This document shows, piece by piece, positions 1-10,004 of a DNA stretch of 46,660 nucleotides; the stretch's first letter is position 1; the number at the start of each line of letters is the position of its first letter. Location of the stretch: assembly GCA_043827405.1 (NCBI GenBank), contig JBDRPD010000035.1:1-46660 (forward strand), read 5' to 3'. A program made the translations under genes and the position numbers. The stretch comes from Elusimicrobiota bacterium (lineage in GTDB: Bacteria; Elusimicrobiota; Elusimicrobia; UBA1565). A model generated the notes under the pieces. It ran no database searches and was not told where the DNA came from. It saw nothing but the letters and a program-made list of their open reading frames with translations.

Positions 1-1926
1 AGCTCGATCGCTTTCTCCTGGTCGGCGAACGGCAACCGCGCGGAAACGGTTTACGTGGCTGAGATCTCAACCGACGATTTTGCCACCGTCAACGTCTCCA
101 GCCGCACCCGGAACCTGGCAGTCCTCTTCGGTGCCGGAGGGGAAGGCCCCGGTCTCGCTGTCAACACCACCTACTACCTGCGGGTGAAATCCATCGGCTG
201 GACTGAATTAGAATCGACCTTTGTCCCTACCGCAAGCACCGCGACCTTGGCCGACCCTCCGGCGGCGGCGAACTTTTTCGCCGTCTTCGCCACCAGCGTC
301 ACGGTCTCCTGGACCCCGGTGGACGCCGTCGGCTACACGGTAGACGCCTCGTCGACGAACTTCAGCGGCAGCGGGAAAATCTACTCCTCAACCACCGCGA
401 ACGGCTCCGCCGCCGCGCTGACCGTCACCGGACTTTTTACGAATACGACATATTATTTCCGGGCGGGAGCGCTAAACTACAACGGGGTTCACTCCTACGC
501 CGCTCCGGGGTCCACCAAGACGGTGGGCGCCCTCGTGCCTATCGGCCTGGCGCGCGTATCCCCGGATGCGCCGTCGGCGTTGATCCATATTGTGATGACG
601 AGCGCGAATACAATCGACACCAAGTATATGATCCTGCGCAAGGCCGGATCGTCGCCTACCGGCGAGCCCGAAAACGGGAGCACATATCCCGTCGGCAGCG
701 CTTTGGGAGATGCGACGGTGATCTCCGACGCCGCCTCCGTGATCTACGATGACACCCACTTGGCCCTAAACACGACCTACTATTACACGATCTACTCGCA
801 CGACAGCTACTATTACACCGCGCCGGTCTCAACTGCGGTACTGCTCGATCTCAAGCCGCGCTTTCCCTACGGCCTCGGGCGCACGCTGAGCGCCGACGCC
901 AGCACCATCACCGTGCACTGGTCGCCGGTCACCACCAATGAGGACGGCACCTCCTTCGCCGACCCAGACGCGCCGCTGAGCCACGAACTGTTCGGCTACC
1001 GGGTTTTCCGCGCCACCTCGGCCACCTCTCCGGGCGTCCTGCGCTCGACGCTTTCCGCCTCGACGACGTATTTCACCGACACCATAGCGGGCTTCAACTA
1101 CTTCTACTACATCGCGGCCTACGACGAGTACGGCCTGCTCTCCGCCACCTCCACCCGCATCGAAAGCTTTATCGGCGACCTCGACGTAACAGCGCCCGAC
1201 CAGCTGGTCACCCTCACCATCACCAAATCCGTGGTATCCTTCCTCGAAGCCAAGAACAATCCGACCGGACACCCGCTCTACATCGAAGCGCAAAGCCACC
1301 CGGAGGACGCCTCCGAGACAGTGCTGGCATCGGCCGAGTTCGGCCTGAAGCATGCCGACAACGACGCTCCGGTATCCAACGTCGCCTTCCCGACGCCGGA
1401 TCTGCAAATTACTTTCCGCTTCAAGGTTGTGGGCAATGAGGCGGTGTTCACCCCGCAGGGGGCGGCGCCCTCGGCGGCGTTCGACACCGATGACGCGGCC
1501 ATCTACTGGTTCAACGGCGTGGAGTGGACCCGCCTCTACGGCCGGGTGAGCCCCGCCAGCCAAACGATCAGCGTACAGACGGCCAATGTCGGCCGCTACC
1601 AGGTCCGCGCCGTGGCGCGCGGCGACTCGTTTCACTTCGACGCCTCGGGCGTCTCCAACCGCTTCATCACGCCCAACGGCGACGGCAGAAACGACTACGT
1701 GGTCTTCACTTTCGACAACCCGAAGGACTCGGCGGTGATCGGCCGGATATACGACGTCAAAGGCGCTCTGGTCGCCGACATGGCGATCCATCCCGGCCTC
1801 GATCAACGCTTCAACCGCGTCTGGGACGGCAAGTCCGGCGGCCGGGCGGTGCCGCCCGGCATCTATATCTACCAGTTCGAGGTAGAGGGCAAGACCATCA
1901 ACGGCACCGTGGTGGTGGTCCGATGA
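1..1926 (+). CDS. Large surface protein with fibronectin type III-like repeats and a C-terminal gliding-motility/T9SS type B (CHU_C)/FlgD-like domain; 5' truncated
   Basis: Frame is open from base 1 to TGA 1924-1926. Repeated 'L..NTTYY..V' FN3 signatures. C-terminus ITPNGDGRND...IYDVKG.LV...WDGK..G..VPPGIYIY. Confidence 0.85.
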   Translation, partial: SSIAFSWSANGNRAETVYVAEISTDDFATVNVSSRTRNLAVLFGAGGEGPGLAVNTTYYLRVKSIGWTELESTFVPTASTATLADPPAAANFFAVFATSVTVSWTPVDAVGYTVDASSTNFSGSGKIYSSTTANGSAAALTVTGLFTNTTYYFRAGALNYNGVHSYAAPGSTKTVGALVPIGLARVSPDAPSALIHIVMTSANTIDTKYMILRKAGSSPTGEPENGSTYPVGSALGDATVISDAASVIYDDTHLALNTTYYYTIYSHDSYYYTAPVSTAVLLDLKPRFPYGLGRTLSADASTITVHWSPVTTNEDGTSFADPDAPLSHELFGYRVFRATSATSPGVLRSTLSASTTYFTDTIAGFNYFYYIAAYDEYGLLSATSTRIESFIGDLDVTAPDQLVTLTITKSVVSFLEAKNNPTGHPLYIEAQSHPEDASETVLASAEFGLKHADNDAPVSNVAFPTPDLQITFRFKVVGNEAVFTPQGAAPSAAFDTDDAAIYWFNGVEWTRLYGRVSPASQTISVQTANVGRYQVRAVARGDSFHFDASGVSNRFITPNGDGRNDYVVFTFDNPKDSAVIGRIYDVKGALVADMAIHPGLDQRFNRVWDGKSGGRAVPPGIYIYQFEVEGKTINGTVVVVR

Positions 1927-3302
1927 CCATCCGCTCGCGGCTCAGCGTCGTAATGATGGCGGGCGTCCTGATCTCGACCTTGACCGTGGCGGGCGGCGTA
2001 CTGTGGCTGGAGCGGATCTATCTCGTGCGCCAGGCCCTCCGGCAGCCGGCGCTGGTCATCGACCCGGTCATGAAGGTGGCTGAGGAATCCGTGGTCGCCG
2101 ACGATCCGATGGTGCTGCTCAGCCACCTGAACTTCGTGCAGCGCAATCAGCCGGAGCTGGTCGCGATACGCCTGCGGCGCGCCGGCGTCTGGGAAGACGT
2201 AAGGCGTCCGGACGGCCTGCCGCCGCCGCCGGGCGGCGAGCTGCTGAGCCTGCGGCGTACCGTTCGCGTCGTCGTTCCCTACGATGCCCCCGCCGAGATA
2301 GAGGTGGAAATGCGCTTTTCGCGCGACGCCCTGCTGCGGGAGTACCGGCAGGTGTTCAAGCAGAGCCTGCGCACGGCGCTTCTCATCATCGCCCTGGTCT
2401 GGCTGTTCGCCGTCCCGCTGGCATTCTGGTCCGCCCAGCGCTTTCTCTCCGCCATCTCCGAGCTGGAATCGGGGATCGAGCGCATGGCCTCCGGTCAGCC
2501 CGTCCGCCCCGTCCCGGTCGACAAGCGCGACGAGATGGGGGCGCTCATCGCCAAGTTCAACCGCATGTCGCAGAAGCTCGCCGATCTCGACCAGATGAAA
2601 AAGGACTTCGCCAGCTCGGTGACCCATGAGCTGCGTTCGCCGCTGGCCGCCATCCAGAGCTTCGCGCGCATGCTCAAGCGCAACCCGAACACCGACGACC
2701 TAGCGCGCTCCCAGATCCAGCGCATCGAGCGCAGCGCCGAGCGGCTGACGCGGTTCGTCGACCAGCTGCTGGAGTCGGCGCGCATCGAGCGCGGCATGTT
2801 CGAGATCAAGCTCGAGGAAACGGATATGGCCGAGCTGGTACGCGACGCGGCGCTGTTCTTCCAGCCGCGCGCCCGCGAGCTCGAGATCGAGCTCGACGTC
2901 GACCTGCCGGAGGGGACGCTTCCTGCGCAAGCCGACCCGGAACGCATCACGCAGATCGTCACCAACCTGATCGGCAATGCCCTGAAGTTTACCCAGAAGG
3001 GCGGCCGCGTGACCGTCTACGCCCGGGCGGCGCAGGCCGGCGAACAGCGCGCCGTAGAGGCCGGCGTCATCGACACCGGCGTCGGCATCGCGCCCAATGA
3101 CATGGACAAGCTTTTCCGGCCGTTCGAGCGCATCGAGAACCCCATGAAGACCACCGGCACGGGGCTGGGGCTGTCGATCGCCAAAACCATCGCCGAGATG
3201 CACGGAGGCATAATCTCCGTCGAATCCAAACTCGGTGAAGGCAGCCGCTTTTTCTTCATCATACCGGCCGCGCAGCCGAGCGCGGCCGCAACCACGGGAT
3301 AG
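1923..3302 (+). CDS. Membrane sensor histidine kinase (2 TM, HAMP, HisKA, HATPase)
   Basis: ATG at 1923 overlaps the upstream stop (ATGA). H-box THELRSPL, N-box NLIGNALKF, G1 DTGVGI, G2 GTGLGL, HAMP RDEMGALIAKFNRM. The ORF-track start at 1524 overlaps the upstream gene and is rejected. Confidence 0.93.
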   Translation: MTIRSRLSVVMMAGVLISTLTVAGGVLWLERIYLVRQALRQPALVIDPVMKVAEESVVADDPMVLLSHLNFVQRNQPELVAIRLRRAGVWEDVRRPDGLPPPPGGELLSLRRTVRVVVPYDAPAEIEVEMRFSRDALLREYRQVFKQSLRTALLIIALVWLFAVPLAFWSAQRFLSAISELESGIERMASGQPVRPVPVDKRDEMGALIAKFNRMSQKLADLDQMKKDFASSVTHELRSPLAAIQSFARMLKRNPNTDDLARSQIQRIERSAERLTRFVDQLLESARIERGMFEIKLEETDMAELVRDAALFFQPRARELEIELDVDLPEGTLPAQADPERITQIVTNLIGNALKFTQKGGRVTVYARAAQAGEQRAVEAGVIDTGVGIAPNDMDKLFRPFERIENPMKTTGTGLGLSIAKTIAEMHGGIISVESKLGEGSRFFFIIPAAQPSAAATTG

Positions 3303-3313
3303 GGAACGACACC

Positions 3314-5629
3314 ATGCCTTTCTACATTCACGCCCATGACAAGATCGAAGGCCCCTGGGAGGCGCCGGAGCTCATCGCGCAGTCCGGGATCGACGAAAAG
3401 ACCCAGGTCTGCACCAATGAAAACTTCTCCGACTGGCGGGAGCTCGGCGAAATCTCCGAGCTCAAGCTGCTGCTGCAGATGCGGGAAGCCAACACCCAGC
3501 TCCGGGAAAAGAAGCAGGTGGCTGAGAAGCAGGTCCGCGATCTCGAAGACGAGTACGAGGACTGGGCGCGCGAACTGCACGGCAAGATCGCCGACCTCAA
3601 CGGCCGGCTGGAAGAACGGCTGCACAAGCTCGATGAGGCCGCGCAGGAGATTTCGGCCAAAAGCCGCGAGAGCGAGCTCTTCAAGACGCGCCTGCGCGAG
3701 CTCAAGTCGCAGTACCTCGAGCTCAAGCAGTATTCCGAGATTCAGGAAAAGGACTTCCTCGGCATTCGCAAGCTGCTCAAGGACAAGCTCGACGAGCGCG
3801 AGCAGGAGCTGCAAAAAGTGCGGCGCACGCTCGACGAGACCACGAAGAAGCATGCCGAGCGGGAGCATGCCCTCCAGGAGCAGGAGCGCACCTGCCGCAA
3901 GAACGACTGGGAGATGCGCCACATGGAGGAGCAGTGGCTCGAGGTGCATCAGCAGAGCAAGCTCCTGCAGGAAGCGAAGAAGCGGCTGGAAGACGATTTA
4001 CGCGCGGCGGAAGCCGATGCCGTCGAGCTGCGCAAGACCGTTCTTGCCAACGAGCGGGAAGTGCGCGAAGCTCCGGCGCGGGCGATGAAGGCCGAGCTTG
4101 AGGTCCATTCCTTGCGCGAGACGCTGGAAAGCCGCGAGGCGGACATCGAGAAGTTCAAGGCCGAGCTGGCGCATAACCAGGAGCTGACCCACGGCCTGCG
4201 CCTGGACCACCGGCTGTCGCTCGACAAAATCGCGCAGCTCGAAAACGAGCTAAGGAAGACGGAAATCCAGCTGCGCAGCGCCGAGCAGGAGATCGTGCGG
4301 CTCAATGCGCTGAGCGTCGAGCGCGAACATAAAGCCCAGGAGCTGCGCGCGGAGATCGAGGAGCGCGCCGCGGCGATGATCGAGGAAAAGGATATGCGGA
4401 TCGTCGAGCTGAGAAAAACGGCCGACGACAGGGCGGCGGAGCTGCTGCGCGCGCGGGAAGAGGTGGCGCGGGAGCAGTCGGAGCAGAAGAAGCTGGACGT
4501 TAAGTGGCGGGCGCGGGAAGAGGAGCTGCGTGAGGAGATCCGCCAGATCGAGCATCACCTTTTCAAGTACCGGGAAGACAACGAGGCGCTCGAACGGCGC
4601 AGCAGCGAAACCACGCGCAAGCTTAATAAATCCCAGGACGCGGAGGCCGAGCTGCGGCGGCAGATCGAACGGCTGAAAGGGATACTGCTGCGCAAGACCA
4701 CGCGCATCGAGATGCTCGAATCTTATATCAAGGAGCCGGAAGAGCGTGCGGCGGGCGAAGCGCTTCACGAAACGGCGGGCGCGTCCGCCGCGGCGGGACC
4801 CGGGCCGCGAGATCAGGAGGGGAGAGGCCTGCAGGAGTCCAAGCAGGCCGAGAAGGTGCAGACGCATGTGCTTAAAAATATCGAAGGCCGCATCCAGCAC
4901 ATCGAAGGGCTCAACCAGCTCCTGCGCGACAATATGCATCAAATGGTCAGCGAACGGCATGTCGAAGAGCGCCGCGTAGACGAGGCCGACGCCTCGCTGG
5001 GCCGCCGGTTCTCCCGCTTTCTGCTGTGGTTTCTATGGTGCCTGCTGGTCTGCGGCGTGGCATGGGTGCTGCACGACCTGATCCGGGAGGAACGGACGGC
5101 GGTCGTACCGCTGCTGGAAGGGGTGACTGTGGAATCCCCACAGCGACCGGTACCGCCTCCGGTTTCGCAAAAGGCTGAGGCACAGCCGATTATCGAGCAA
5201 CCCGCGCCCATACCCGCGGCAACAAAACCCGAACCGGCACCGCCTGCGGTCCCGGTGGAAGCCCCGGAAAAGCCGCTGCAGGCTGCGCCCATCCCGGCGC
5301 CGCTAAAAAAAATAACGGTATACAATAAAGTATCGATAAAAGAAGAGGATATTACGGAGCCCGAACAAGCGCCGATAAATGAGAAAATTACCGCCGCTCC
5401 AGAGAAAGTAGAGGCAAAAGAAGAGGAAAACGATGATTCGGAGCTTCCGGAAGAGATCTTCGTCCAGCCGGAAGAAGCGGATGAGGAGACCAAGCCCGAG
5501 GCAGCAGAGGACATAGTTGAGGAAATGCTCCCGGGTGTGCCGGCGCGCAAAACCAAGCCCCAGGATGATGGGGGGGCAGCGGATAATCCCGATCATATGC
5601 CGGGTTTTTCCGGCTCTGCCCAGCCCTAG
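3314..5629 (+). CDS. GYF_2(DUF4339)-like N-terminal domain, long coiled coil, one TM helix, Pro/Glu-rich tail
   Basis: N-terminus FYI...IEGPW...EL...TQVC...W..LGEISEL. About 450 aa of heptad-rich E/K/R/L sequence. Hydrophobic segment FLLWFLWCLLVCGVAWVL. Confidence 0.8.
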   Translation: MPFYIHAHDKIEGPWEAPELIAQSGIDEKTQVCTNENFSDWRELGEISELKLLLQMREANTQLREKKQVAEKQVRDLEDEYEDWARELHGKIADLNGRLEERLHKLDEAAQEISAKSRESELFKTRLRELKSQYLELKQYSEIQEKDFLGIRKLLKDKLDEREQELQKVRRTLDETTKKHAEREHALQEQERTCRKNDWEMRHMEEQWLEVHQQSKLLQEAKKRLEDDLRAAEADAVELRKTVLANEREVREAPARAMKAELEVHSLRETLESREADIEKFKAELAHNQELTHGLRLDHRLSLDKIAQLENELRKTEIQLRSAEQEIVRLNALSVEREHKAQELRAEIEERAAAMIEEKDMRIVELRKTADDRAAELLRAREEVAREQSEQKKLDVKWRAREEELREEIRQIEHHLFKYREDNEALERRSSETTRKLNKSQDAEAELRRQIERLKGILLRKTTRIEMLESYIKEPEERAAGEALHETAGASAAAGPGPRDQEGRGLQESKQAEKVQTHVLKNIEGRIQHIEGLNQLLRDNMHQMVSERHVEERRVDEADASLGRRFSRFLLWFLWCLLVCGVAWVLHDLIREERTAVVPLLEGVTVESPQRPVPPPVSQKAEAQPIIEQPAPIPAATKPEPAPPAVPVEAPEKPLQAAPIPAPLKKITVYNKVSIKEEDITEPEQAPINEKITAAPEKVEAKEEENDDSELPEEIFVQPEEADEETKPEAAEDIVEEMLPGVPARKTKPQDDGGAADNPDHMPGFSGSAQP

Positions 5630-5642
5630 GAGTTCCTGCTCT

Positions 5643-5696
5643 GTAACATCCTGTTAACAAACCCGAAACACCCCAGTAACGTCTATTTCGCATACT
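5643..5696 (+). promoter_or_regulatory. Four 11-bp-phased direct repeats (GTAACA/TTAACA/GAAACA/GTAACG) followed by a -10-like CATACT
   Basis: Hexamers start at 5643, 5654, 5665 and 5676, exactly 11 bp apart, a spacing typical of OmpR/PhoB-family boxes. Confidence 0.55.
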
Positions 5697-5700
5697 TGTA

Positions 5701-6678
5701 ATGATGGCAAACGAAATGGGCGCGCAGCACAATCAGACAGGCAGGCAGAACGCCGCGGTGGAGGACCTCGTGCTCGAGGACCTCGTCGACCGCGGCGAAC
5801 CGCAGCCCGCGCCCAAGCCCGCGCCGAAGACGAAGAAGCCCGTTCCTACGACGACGCAGATGATTGCGGACGAGAAGGAGCGGCAGATGAGCTCCTATAT
5901 GACGCATGAGCTGCGGGCGCCTTTGACCTCGATCCGTTCGGCGCTCGGCATCATGGAGATGCAGCTCACCAGCCGCATGAGCGCCGAGGAAGCGCAGATT
6001 CTGAAGATGGCGACGCGCAACGCCGACCGGCTCAACGGCCTGATCAACGACATCATGGATTTCACCAAGATTCGCGCCGGCAAGATGCGCGTCGCGCCGC
6101 AGCAGGCCCGCCCTGAAGACATGATCAACGACGCCGTCGAGAGCCTGCGCTCCTGGGCCGTCTCCAAGGGCATCCGCCTGACCCAGGTCGACGGCGACGG
6201 GCCGCTGCCCCGCGTCAACGCGGACCGCTCGCGCACCGTACAGGTCCTCACCAACCTGCTTTCCAACGCCATCAAGTTCACGCCGGCCGGCGGCAAGATC
6301 GAAGTATCGGCGCGGCTCGGCAGCTACGAGCATACCGGCACGGTGGAGTTCCGCGTGAAGGACAGCGGCCCGGGCATCCCGCCCAAAGACCTCACGAAGA
6401 TTTTCCGCACCTTCGAGCAGTCGGCGACCGGAATGAAAGAAGGCAGCGGGACCGGCCTCGGGCTCACTCTTTCCAAGGCCATGGTCGAGCTGCAGGGCGG
6501 ACGCATCTGGGCCGAAAGCTGGAAGGGCCTTGGCGCGGCGTTCCTGTTCACGCTGCCGATCTTCCAGGGCGACACCACCCAGGCCGCGCGTCCCTACCCC
6601 AAGAAGGCCAACTACAGCGGCCTGTTCGTCAAGTTCTACCACCGCCTCAACGCGGTCGTCACCGCGCTCTTCGCCTAA
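5701..6678 (+). CDS. Soluble histidine kinase (HisKA + HATPase) with no recognisable sensor domain
   Basis: THELRAPL, NLLSNAIKF, DSGPGI, GTGLGL. No TM segment before the H-box. Start may be ATG 5704. Confidence 0.92.
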   Translation: MMANEMGAQHNQTGRQNAAVEDLVLEDLVDRGEPQPAPKPAPKTKKPVPTTTQMIADEKERQMSSYMTHELRAPLTSIRSALGIMEMQLTSRMSAEEAQILKMATRNADRLNGLINDIMDFTKIRAGKMRVAPQQARPEDMINDAVESLRSWAVSKGIRLTQVDGDGPLPRVNADRSRTVQVLTNLLSNAIKFTPAGGKIEVSARLGSYEHTGTVEFRVKDSGPGIPPKDLTKIFRTFEQSATGMKEGSGTGLGLTLSKAMVELQGGRIWAESWKGLGAAFLFTLPIFQGDTTQAARPYPKKANYSGLFVKFYHRLNAVVTALFA

Positions 6679-6723
6679 TCGCCTAGGCGCGCCGTCTTTC
6701 CTCTTAAGTTATAATACCGGGCT

Positions 6724-7989
6724 GTGGTGCACCGGAAATCAAAAGGCCGGCGAAAAAATCCGAAAAGAAAGGTCCGTGACTCCTTCGTCGGCTGGGTGCG
6801 CCGCCTCGCGCTGTACGGCACGGCCCTGCTGATTCTCTGGGGCGGTTTCCGCTGGCACAGTGAACTCAAATCCGCGGCGACCGCCTCCGACGCCCCTTAC
6901 CGCCGCATCTCGGTATTCAAAGGCGCCTGGGAGGCGGGGACCCTGCGCGCAGGCCTCGAGGAAAGCGGCTCCAGTAAAGAGGAAACCGATGCGATCATCC
7001 GCTCGCTGCGCCGAATCGGCGCCCATACCCACGCACGCAAAGGCGACGCCTACCGCATCGTACGCTCGACCGAAGGAGCCTTCCGCCACCTAACCGCGAC
7101 GCGCGGCCGCCAGCGGGTCATCGTCACCCGCGAAGACGACGTCTTTAAGGCGCTGATCTCCAAGCAGACGGCCTCCACGATCACGCGCAGCATCAACGGT
7201 AGGATCAAAAGCAGCTTATGGCTCTCCATGAGCGCCCTCAACGCCCCGGCGGAAATAATCCAGGAGTATGCGGAGGTATTCCAGTGGACGGTGGACTTCC
7301 TGACCGAACCGCGGGACGGCGATGCCTTCGCCGTCGCCTGGTTGGAGGAGCGCACGCCGGACGGCCGGGTCTGGAGCCGCGAGATTCAAGCCGCCCGCTA
7401 CAACGGAAAAAAGACCGGCGCGCATATCGGAATCCTGTTCGACGGACAGTACTTTAACGAGGATGGGAAATCGCTGCGGACCATGTTTCTCCGGGCGCCG
7501 CTCAATTTCCGCCGCATATCCTCCTACTTTTCCCGCAAGCGCTGGCATCCGGTCCTGCGGGTGCGGCGGCCGCACAACGGCATCGATTATGCCGCTCCCC
7601 GCGGCACGCCGGTCGTCAGCGTCGGGAGCGGCCGGGTGACGGCGGTCGGACGCCTCGGCGGCTACGGCAAGCGCATAGAAATCCGTCACAACGGCGTCTA
7701 CGCGACGCTCTACGGTCACCTGAACAGCTACGCGCGGGGAATGAGCCCCGGCCGGCATGTCCGCCAGGGAGAGGTCATCGGCTACGTCGGCTCCACCGGG
7801 CTGGCCTCCGGCCCTCACCTGCATTTCCAGATATCCAAGAACGGCAGCTGGGTAAACTTCCTGCGCCTGCAGCTGCCCAAGCTCAAGAGCGTTTCGGTCA
7901 AGGAGAAGTCGGCCTTCTTCGCGCGGCGCGACAGCTACCTGCCGGTAATCAGCGAAGCTCCCGACCAGACCGCGGACGGAGCCCAGTAA
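6724..7989 (+). CDS. M23 family peptidoglycan DD-endopeptidase (MepM-like) with N-terminal membrane anchor
   Basis: HNGIDY (HxxxD), YGHL and GPHLHF motifs; FLRAPLNFRRISS. Confidence 0.92.
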   Translation: MVHRKSKGRRKNPKRKVRDSFVGWVRRLALYGTALLILWGGFRWHSELKSAATASDAPYRRISVFKGAWEAGTLRAGLEESGSSKEETDAIIRSLRRIGAHTHARKGDAYRIVRSTEGAFRHLTATRGRQRVIVTREDDVFKALISKQTASTITRSINGRIKSSLWLSMSALNAPAEIIQEYAEVFQWTVDFLTEPRDGDAFAVAWLEERTPDGRVWSREIQAARYNGKKTGAHIGILFDGQYFNEDGKSLRTMFLRAPLNFRRISSYFSRKRWHPVLRVRRPHNGIDYAAPRGTPVVSVGSGRVTAVGRLGGYGKRIEIRHNGVYATLYGHLNSYARGMSPGRHVRQGEVIGYVGSTGLASGPHLHFQISKNGSWVNFLRLQLPKLKSVSVKEKSAFFARRDSYLPVISEAPDQTADGAQ

Positions 7990-9131
7990 TGCGGGCGGCG
8001 CTCCTCGCGGCGGCGCTCGCCGCCGCTTCCGGGCCGGCGCAGGCCGCGCCGACCGACTCCCTGGCGCTTGACGCCGCGCAGCTGCTGGTCGTAGGAGCGC
8101 GCGGCGCGGCGCATAGCCCCGGCGACCAGTTCGAAGACCTCATCTGCGGCCTCAAGGTCGGCGGTCTGATCCTGTTTGAGCGCGACGTCGATCAGGACGG
8201 CGCGCCGCGCAATATCCGCTCCAAAGAACAGGTATCGCAGCTGACCGCCTCGCTCCACAAGCTGGCCGCCGCCTGCGGCAACGCCCCGCTGCTGATCGCG
8301 GTAGACGTCGAGGGGGGAGTCGTCAACCGCCTCTCGACCTTCCCCGAGCTCAAGAAGATCAAGAGCCATGCCTGGCTCGGGGCGCACGAACCCAGCCGCA
8401 CCTATGAAACGGCATCGCGCATCGGGCGGGAGATGGCCGAGGCCGGGCTCAACTGGACCCTGGCGCCGGTCGTCGATGTGAACATCAATCCCGAAAACCC
8501 GGTCATCGGCCGCCACGGCCGCTCTTTCTCGGCGGATCCCGCGATCGTCACCCGGCACGCGCACTCCTTTATACGCGGGCTGCAGGACCACGGCGTGCTG
8601 CACTGCCTCAAGCATTATCCGGGTCACGGCTCCAGCGCCAAGGACTCGCACCTCGGCGCGGTCGATGTCACAAAAACGTCCGAGCCGGTGATCGAGCTCG
8701 AGCCCTACGAACAGCTTATCGACCGCGGCATCGTCGACTGCGTTATGACCGCGCACATTTTCGACAGCGGCGTCGATCCGGATTGGATCGTGACCTTCTC
8801 CTCGCGCGCCATTGAAGGAACCCTGCGCGGAGCGCTCGGCTATGAGGGAGTGGTGATCACCGACGACCTGCAGATGCGCGCCGTCAGCCAGCATCATAAG
8901 CTGACCGAGGCGGCCGTCCTGGCGATACGCGCCGGCAACGATATGGTGATTGTCTCAAACAACCGCCATCCTTACGAGAAGAGCCAGGCCCAAAACATCC
9001 ACAACGCGCTGCTGAGCGCCGTCATGGAAGGCCGTCTCCCGCTGGCGCGCGTGCGGGAAGCCGCCGAGCGCGTGCGCACCATGAAGCAGAAGCTCCGCCG
9101 GCGCGAGGAGACTCCCGAGGAGGCGCCATGA
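7989..9131 (+). CDS. nagZ: GH3 beta-N-acetylhexosaminidase with signal peptide
   Basis: KHYPGHG-x4-DSH, DVEGGVVNR, APVVDV, ITDDLQM. Confidence 0.9.
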   Translation: MRAALLAAALAAASGPAQAAPTDSLALDAAQLLVVGARGAAHSPGDQFEDLICGLKVGGLILFERDVDQDGAPRNIRSKEQVSQLTASLHKLAAACGNAPLLIAVDVEGGVVNRLSTFPELKKIKSHAWLGAHEPSRTYETASRIGREMAEAGLNWTLAPVVDVNINPENPVIGRHGRSFSADPAIVTRHAHSFIRGLQDHGVLHCLKHYPGHGSSAKDSHLGAVDVTKTSEPVIELEPYEQLIDRGIVDCVMTAHIFDSGVDPDWIVTFSSRAIEGTLRGALGYEGVVITDDLQMRAVSQHHKLTEAAVLAIRAGNDMVIVSNNRHPYEKSQAQNIHNALLSAVMEGRLPLARVREAAERVRTMKQKLRRREETPEEAP

Positions 9132-9904
9132 GCATAGTGCAGGCGGCCGTCCTCGGATTGGTCCAGGGCATAACGGAATTTGTGCCGGTGTCGAGCTCCG
9201 CGCACCTGGCGCTGTTTCCCTGGCTGCTGAAATGGCCGGACCAGGGGCTGGCCTACGACGTCGCCCTGCACTGGGGAACGATCATCGCCTTGCTCATCTA
9301 CTTCCGGGAGGACCTCAAAAAGCTCATCACCGCTACGCTGCGCGGCGGCGAGCAGCGGCAATTGGCGCTGGGGCTCGTGCTGGCCACGGTACCGGGCGCG
9401 CTGGCGGGGCTCCTGGCCGAGGACTATATCGAGACGATCTTCCGCCAGCCGGAACGCATCGCCTTGTCCTTGATCGTCTTCGGCATCCTGCTCGGCATCG
9501 CCGACCGCGTCGGGCGCAAGAAGCTGGAGCTCACGGCCATCGACTGGCGCTTCTGTCTCGCCATCGGCTGCGCCCAGGCCCTCGCCGTCGTGCCGGGCGT
9601 TTCGCGCTCGGGAATTACCCTGACGGCGGCCTTATTTTTGGGCCTGCGCCGATACGACGCCGCACGCTTTTCTTTCCTTCTCGCCATCCCGATCGTTCTG
9701 GGCGCCGGCGTCCTGCAGCTCAAAGACCTCAGCGCTTCGGGCCTGGACGCGGCATTCTGGACCGGCATCGCGGTCTCGACGCTTAGCGGCTACGCGGCCA
9801 TTCATTTCCTGCTCGACTATCTGAAGAAGAGCAGCCTCATTATATTCGCCGGGTATCGAGTCGTTCTTGGAATCCTCATTATCCTCCTCGCACTCCTGCG
9901 ATAA
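9128..9904 (+). CDS. uppP: Undecaprenyl-diphosphate phosphatase
   Basis: VQGITEFVPVSSSAHL and PGVSRSG BacA motifs; multi-TM. Confidence 0.96.
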   Translation: MSIVQAAVLGLVQGITEFVPVSSSAHLALFPWLLKWPDQGLAYDVALHWGTIIALLIYFREDLKKLITATLRGGEQRQLALGLVLATVPGALAGLLAEDYIETIFRQPERIALSLIVFGILLGIADRVGRKKLELTAIDWRFCLAIGCAQALAVVPGVSRSGITLTAALFLGLRRYDAARFSFLLAIPIVLGAGVLQLKDLSASGLDAAFWTGIAVSTLSGYAAIHFLLDYLKKSSLIIFAGYRVVLGILIILLALLR

Positions 9905-10004
9905 TAGCCGTAAAAACAAGCGCTTTCCATTGGGCTAATGGTCCTATATCCCGCTGCCGCATTTGGCCCTGTTTAGTCCGGCGAAATAGGATCAAAATAG
10001 GAAT

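Noticed and set aside
1524..1922. N-terminal extension of the HAMP kinase
   Set aside because: Overlaps the FN3 gene out of frame and is Arg/Pro junk; the ATGA overlap at 1923 gives a clean start.
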